Source of the DNA: an uncultured Chitinophagaceae bacterium
Lineage (GTDB): Bacteria; Bacteroidota; Bacteroidia; Chitinophagales; Chitinophagaceae
Direction: 5' to 3'
Assembly (NCBI GenBank): GCA_963826435.1
Contig: CAWGWY010000003.1
Location: 17,151-81,150 of the forward strand
DNA length: 64,000 bases
Shown: positions 61,012 to 64,000 of the stretch, in pieces
How the letters are laid out: every line of letters begins with the position of its first letter
How positions within the stretch are numbered: the first letter of the stretch is position 1
The notes under the pieces: generated by a model
What the model was told of the DNA's origin: nothing
The model's database searches: none
Seen by the model: only the letters and a program-made list of their open reading frames with translations
Position numbers and translations under genes: made by a program

Positions 61012-63999
61012 TTATGTGTTTAAATAATAATTTAATTGAATAGCTGATTGGTTGAATTGATTAAGAACATCCAGGTAATTCTTCTGCATATCTATTGCCT
61101 GCGAAAGGTATTGCGAAAGCTCCGCAAAGTTTATTTCCCCTCCGCGGTAAGCGAGGTTGGCAGATTGTATAATGGCTTCGGCCTGCGCCAGGCCGCCGGT
61201 TTCATAATAGGTTAATAGTTCTTCATCTTTTAATAATTGTTGATAAGCCTGGTTAACACCGGTATTTAATCGGAGGATTTCATACTCCGATAAAGTTTGT
61301 TGATAGCTACGTTCTAACTCTGCGGCCTTTATTTTGTTTCGATAAGAATTGCCACCAAAAAGAGGAATGCCCATAGTAACGGAGAAGCCACTATAAGGAT
61401 TGGATACTCCATACAAGCGCTGTGAAAAAACCCTTCCATCAAAGTTCGGCTTACGGCTTTGTTTTTGAAGATTGATTTCTGCATCGGCAATGTGTATATT
61501 CTGCTCCTGCAGTTGGAACACCGGGTGATTTATATCAACGCTGTCCGGAAAAGAAAATGCCACTTTTTGAACGGCCCTTTCTTCAGGAAGCAAATCGCCG
61601 GTAGTATTTAAAAGCCTTTTCAAATTTTCCTGCTGGCTCTTTATGTCACGGCCCAGCAAGTTTAACTGGATGGTTATTTCTCGTGACCTCGCAATCGCTG
61701 AAAGGCTGTCTAATCCGGCACTTTCACCAGTCTTTACCCGCAATACGGCTGCTTTTGATAGTGATGTATAAATGCTATCCAGCCGTTGCCATAGCAGCTT
61801 TTTGCTTTGAAGAAACCACAGCGTATAATAGGTAGTCTGCACATCCCTTTTAATTTCCAGCGCCCTGATGCGTTTTGAAATTTCAATTGATTTTACCTGC
61901 TCCTGTAATAAATTTTTTCTCGCCTTATATACGCCAAACCATTCTATGCTTTGTGATAATCCAATTTTAAGAACACCATTTTTATCCTGCGGATTTATAT
62001 CTTCATTCTCAATAAAAACGCCTGTTCGTGCAATATCGGGCCATGTGCTTTGTAACGCCCTGCTTTTTTGTAACTGTAAATCACTTGCCCGTATTTGCAA
62101 ATTATTTACTAACGCCGTGTCATAGGCGTCCCTGAATGAAATGCGTTCAACTGGATGTCTCTCCTGGGCAAATAAAGTTTGTGAAACAAAAGTTGTTATA
62201 AATATTATTACAACTTTTGGAACCGGTTTTTTTCTTTTCAATTTCTTTTCTGAAAAAATAATATATAACAACGGCAGAACCACAAGTGTGAGAATCGTGG
62301 CCGTTATTAAGCCACCGATTACTACGGTAGCCAAAGGCCTTTGTACCTCAGCCCCTGCACCTGTAGACAGTGCCATTGGAAGAAAGCCCAGGGAGGCAAC
62401 GGTAGCAGTCATCAGCACAGGGCGTAAGCGCATTTTTGTTCCTTGAAATACTCTTTGCAGCACATCGCCTGCACCTTCCTTTGCTAACTGGTTGAATGTT
62501 CCTATCAGCACAATGCCATTTAAAACAGCTACGCCAAATAAGGCGATAAAGCCTACACCGGCAGAAATACTGAAAGGCATACCTCTTAAGAGCAAAGCAA
62601 ATACACCGCCGATCGCTGACATAGGAATGGCAGTGAAAATAAGCGCAGCCTGCTTTACAGAACGAAATGTAAAATACAGCAGGACAAAAATTAAGAACAA
62701 CGCGGCCGGTAAGGCAATCATTAACCGTGCAGATGCTTTCACAAGATTTTCGAATGTTCCCCCATACTGATAATAATAGCCTGGGGTTAACTTTACTTTC
62801 TCATCTAATGTTTGTTGTACTTCTTCCACCACACTTTTTACATCCCTGCCACTTACATTAAAGCTCACATAGATTCGTCGCCTGCCATCTTCCCTGCTTA
62901 TTTGTGCCGGGCCAATTTTATAGGAAATATCCGCCACTTGTGAAAGTGGTACCTGGGCTCCTCCCGGAATAGGGATGAACAAATCGTGTACATCCTCAAT
63001 GGAATGGCGATAGGCACTGTCCAAACGTACAACAAGATCAAATCTGCGTTCATTTTCATAAACTACGCCTGAGGACTGTCCTGCGAACGCAGTGCTGATC
63101 ACATTATTTACATCCTCAATATTCAATCCATATCCCGCCAATCTGGCCCGGTCATATTGTATCATTATTTGCGGCAGGCCACTAACTCTTTCGATCTGCG
63201 GTTGCGTTATTCCTTCTATCGGCTTTATTGCATTAGCTACCTTTTTTGCATAACCGGCAAGCGTATCCATATTCTCGCCAAATATTTTAATGGCAACATC
63301 TTGTCTTATGCCGGTCATCAATTCATTGAACCGCATTTGTATCGGTTGGCTCGGTTCAGCAATCACCCCCGGAATATTCGATAATGTTTTTCTCATGCTC
63401 TCCGCCAATGCGTAGAAATCATTTGTCGTCGTCCATTCTTTTTTATCCTTCAATATTACCATCAGGTCACTTGCTTCAGGCGGCATTGGGTCTGTGGCAA
63501 TATCTGCGGCGCCGGTCTTTCCTACCACCATTTTTATTTCAGGGTATTTTTCTTTCAGCATTCGCTCTGCCTGCATTACGGTTTCAATAGTTTGGGAAAG
63601 AGAAGACCCTTGCGGTAATACAAATTCAATCGCATAATCACCTTCCTCCAATGTGGGAATAAACTCGCCACCCATTTTGCTGAAAACTAAAATGCTGATC
63701 AATAACAAACCTGTTGCTACAGCCACCACGCTATATTTAAACCGGATAGCTTTTTGAAGAAGCGGAGTGTAAATTTTTTGAAAAAACGTCATCATCTTAT
63801 CCGAAAAAGTTTTCTTGTGTGAAATATTTTTCGATAAGAACAAAGCAGACATCATAGGTATGTACGTAAGCGAAAGAAGTAAAGCGCCTATAATGGCAAA
63901 GCTTACCGTTTCTGCCATCGGTTTAAACATTTTGCCTTCAATGCCCTGCAGCGAAAGAATAGGAAAGTAAACGATAAGGATAATAACCTGGCCAAATGC
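61012..63999 (-). CDS. czcA: CusA/CzcA heavy-metal RND pump fused to a TolC-like outer-membrane domain; 5' end outside the window
   Basis: Frame stays open to the window edge (..IEGKMFKPMA); GFIALFGVAVLNG, RLRPVLMTA and EVQRPLATVVIGG motifs, then about 400 aa of OEP-like helical domain. Confidence 0.93.
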   Translation of the reverse strand, partial: AFGQVIILIVYFPILSLQGIEGKMFKPMAETVSFAIIGALLLSLTYIPMMSALFLSKNISHKKTFSDKMMTFFQKIYTPLLQKAIRFKYSVVAVATGLLLISILVFSKMGGEFIPTLEEGDYAIEFVLPQGSSLSQTIETVMQAERMLKEKYPEIKMVVGKTGAADIATDPMPPEASDLMVILKDKKEWTTTNDFYALAESMRKTLSNIPGVIAEPSQPIQMRFNELMTGIRQDVAIKIFGENMDTLAGYAKKVANAIKPIEGITQPQIERVSGLPQIMIQYDRARLAGYGLNIEDVNNVISTAFAGQSSGVVYENERRFDLVVRLDSAYRHSIEDVHDLFIPIPGGAQVPLSQVADISYKIGPAQISREDGRRRIYVSFNVSGRDVKSVVEEVQQTLDEKVKLTPGYYYQYGGTFENLVKASARLMIALPAALFLIFVLLYFTFRSVKQAALIFTAIPMSAIGGVFALLLRGMPFSISAGVGFIALFGVAVLNGIVLIGTFNQLAKEGAGDVLQRVFQGTKMRLRPVLMTATVASLGFLPMALSTGAGAEVQRPLATVVIGGLITATILTLVVLPLLYIIFSEKKLKRKKPVPKVVIIFITTFVSQTLFAQERHPVERISFRDAYDTALVNNLQIRASDLQLQKSRALQSTWPDIARTGVFIENEDINPQDKNGVLKIGLSQSIEWFGVYKARKNLLQEQVKSIEISKRIRALEIKRDVQTTYYTLWFLQSKKLLWQRLDSIYTSLSKAAVLRVKTGESAGLDSLSAIARSREITIQLNLLGRDIKSQQENLKRLLNTTGDLLPEERAVQKVAFSFPDSVDINHPVFQLQEQNIHIADAEINLQKQSRKPNFDGRVFSQRLYGVSNPYSGFSVTMGIPLFGGNSYRNKIKAAELERSYQQTLSEYEILRLNTGVNQAYQQLLKDEELLTYYETGGLAQAEAIIQSANLAYRGGEINFAELSQYLSQAIDMQKNYLDVLNQFNQSAIQLNYYLNT

Positions 64000-64000
64000 A

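Noticed and set aside
891-63590. Numerous 60-155 aa ORFs antisense to or overlapping long genes (e.g. 6681-7073, 12807-13199, 39726-40172, 54193-54660)
   Set aside because: They are shadows of well-supported genes with no recognisable motifs.
1-64000. CRISPR array, rRNA, intact transposase, integrase or phage genes
   Set aside because: No regularly spaced repeat-spacer array, rRNA-like stretch or recombinase/transposase motifs were seen.

Overview
Bacteroidota chromosomal window, most likely Chitinophagaceae-like. This is inferred from the SusC/SusD pair, TAnnTTTG promoters, DUF5777/YceI genes and a CzcA-TolC fusion. In order it holds: a glycosyltransferase cluster and dciA; an acid-sugar transporter with a Tat-signal dehydratase; an accessory zone with gene relics; a TPR class III cyclase; a signalling region (16-21.5 kb); a ClC channel; an OB-fold/YceI/DUF5777 cluster; a sulfated-glycan PUL (AraC, SusD, SusC, isomerase, GH20, GH78, three sulfatases); a TPR histidine kinase; tRNA-Val(GAC) and tRNA-Thr(CGT); and a Czc/ZntA metal-efflux operon that runs off the end. 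The best candidate for an undescribed system is a four-gene unit at 17576-20137. It encodes a 64-aa protein ending in CPMPC, a stand-alone 7TM membrane protein, a histidine kinase with no sensor domain, and a NarL/LuxR regulator. It is flanked by phased candidate operator boxes, and a possible second orphan ligand-like protein (MPNxF...NPSPP) lies at 49798-50286. All family calls come from reading motifs by eye; no database searches were run.
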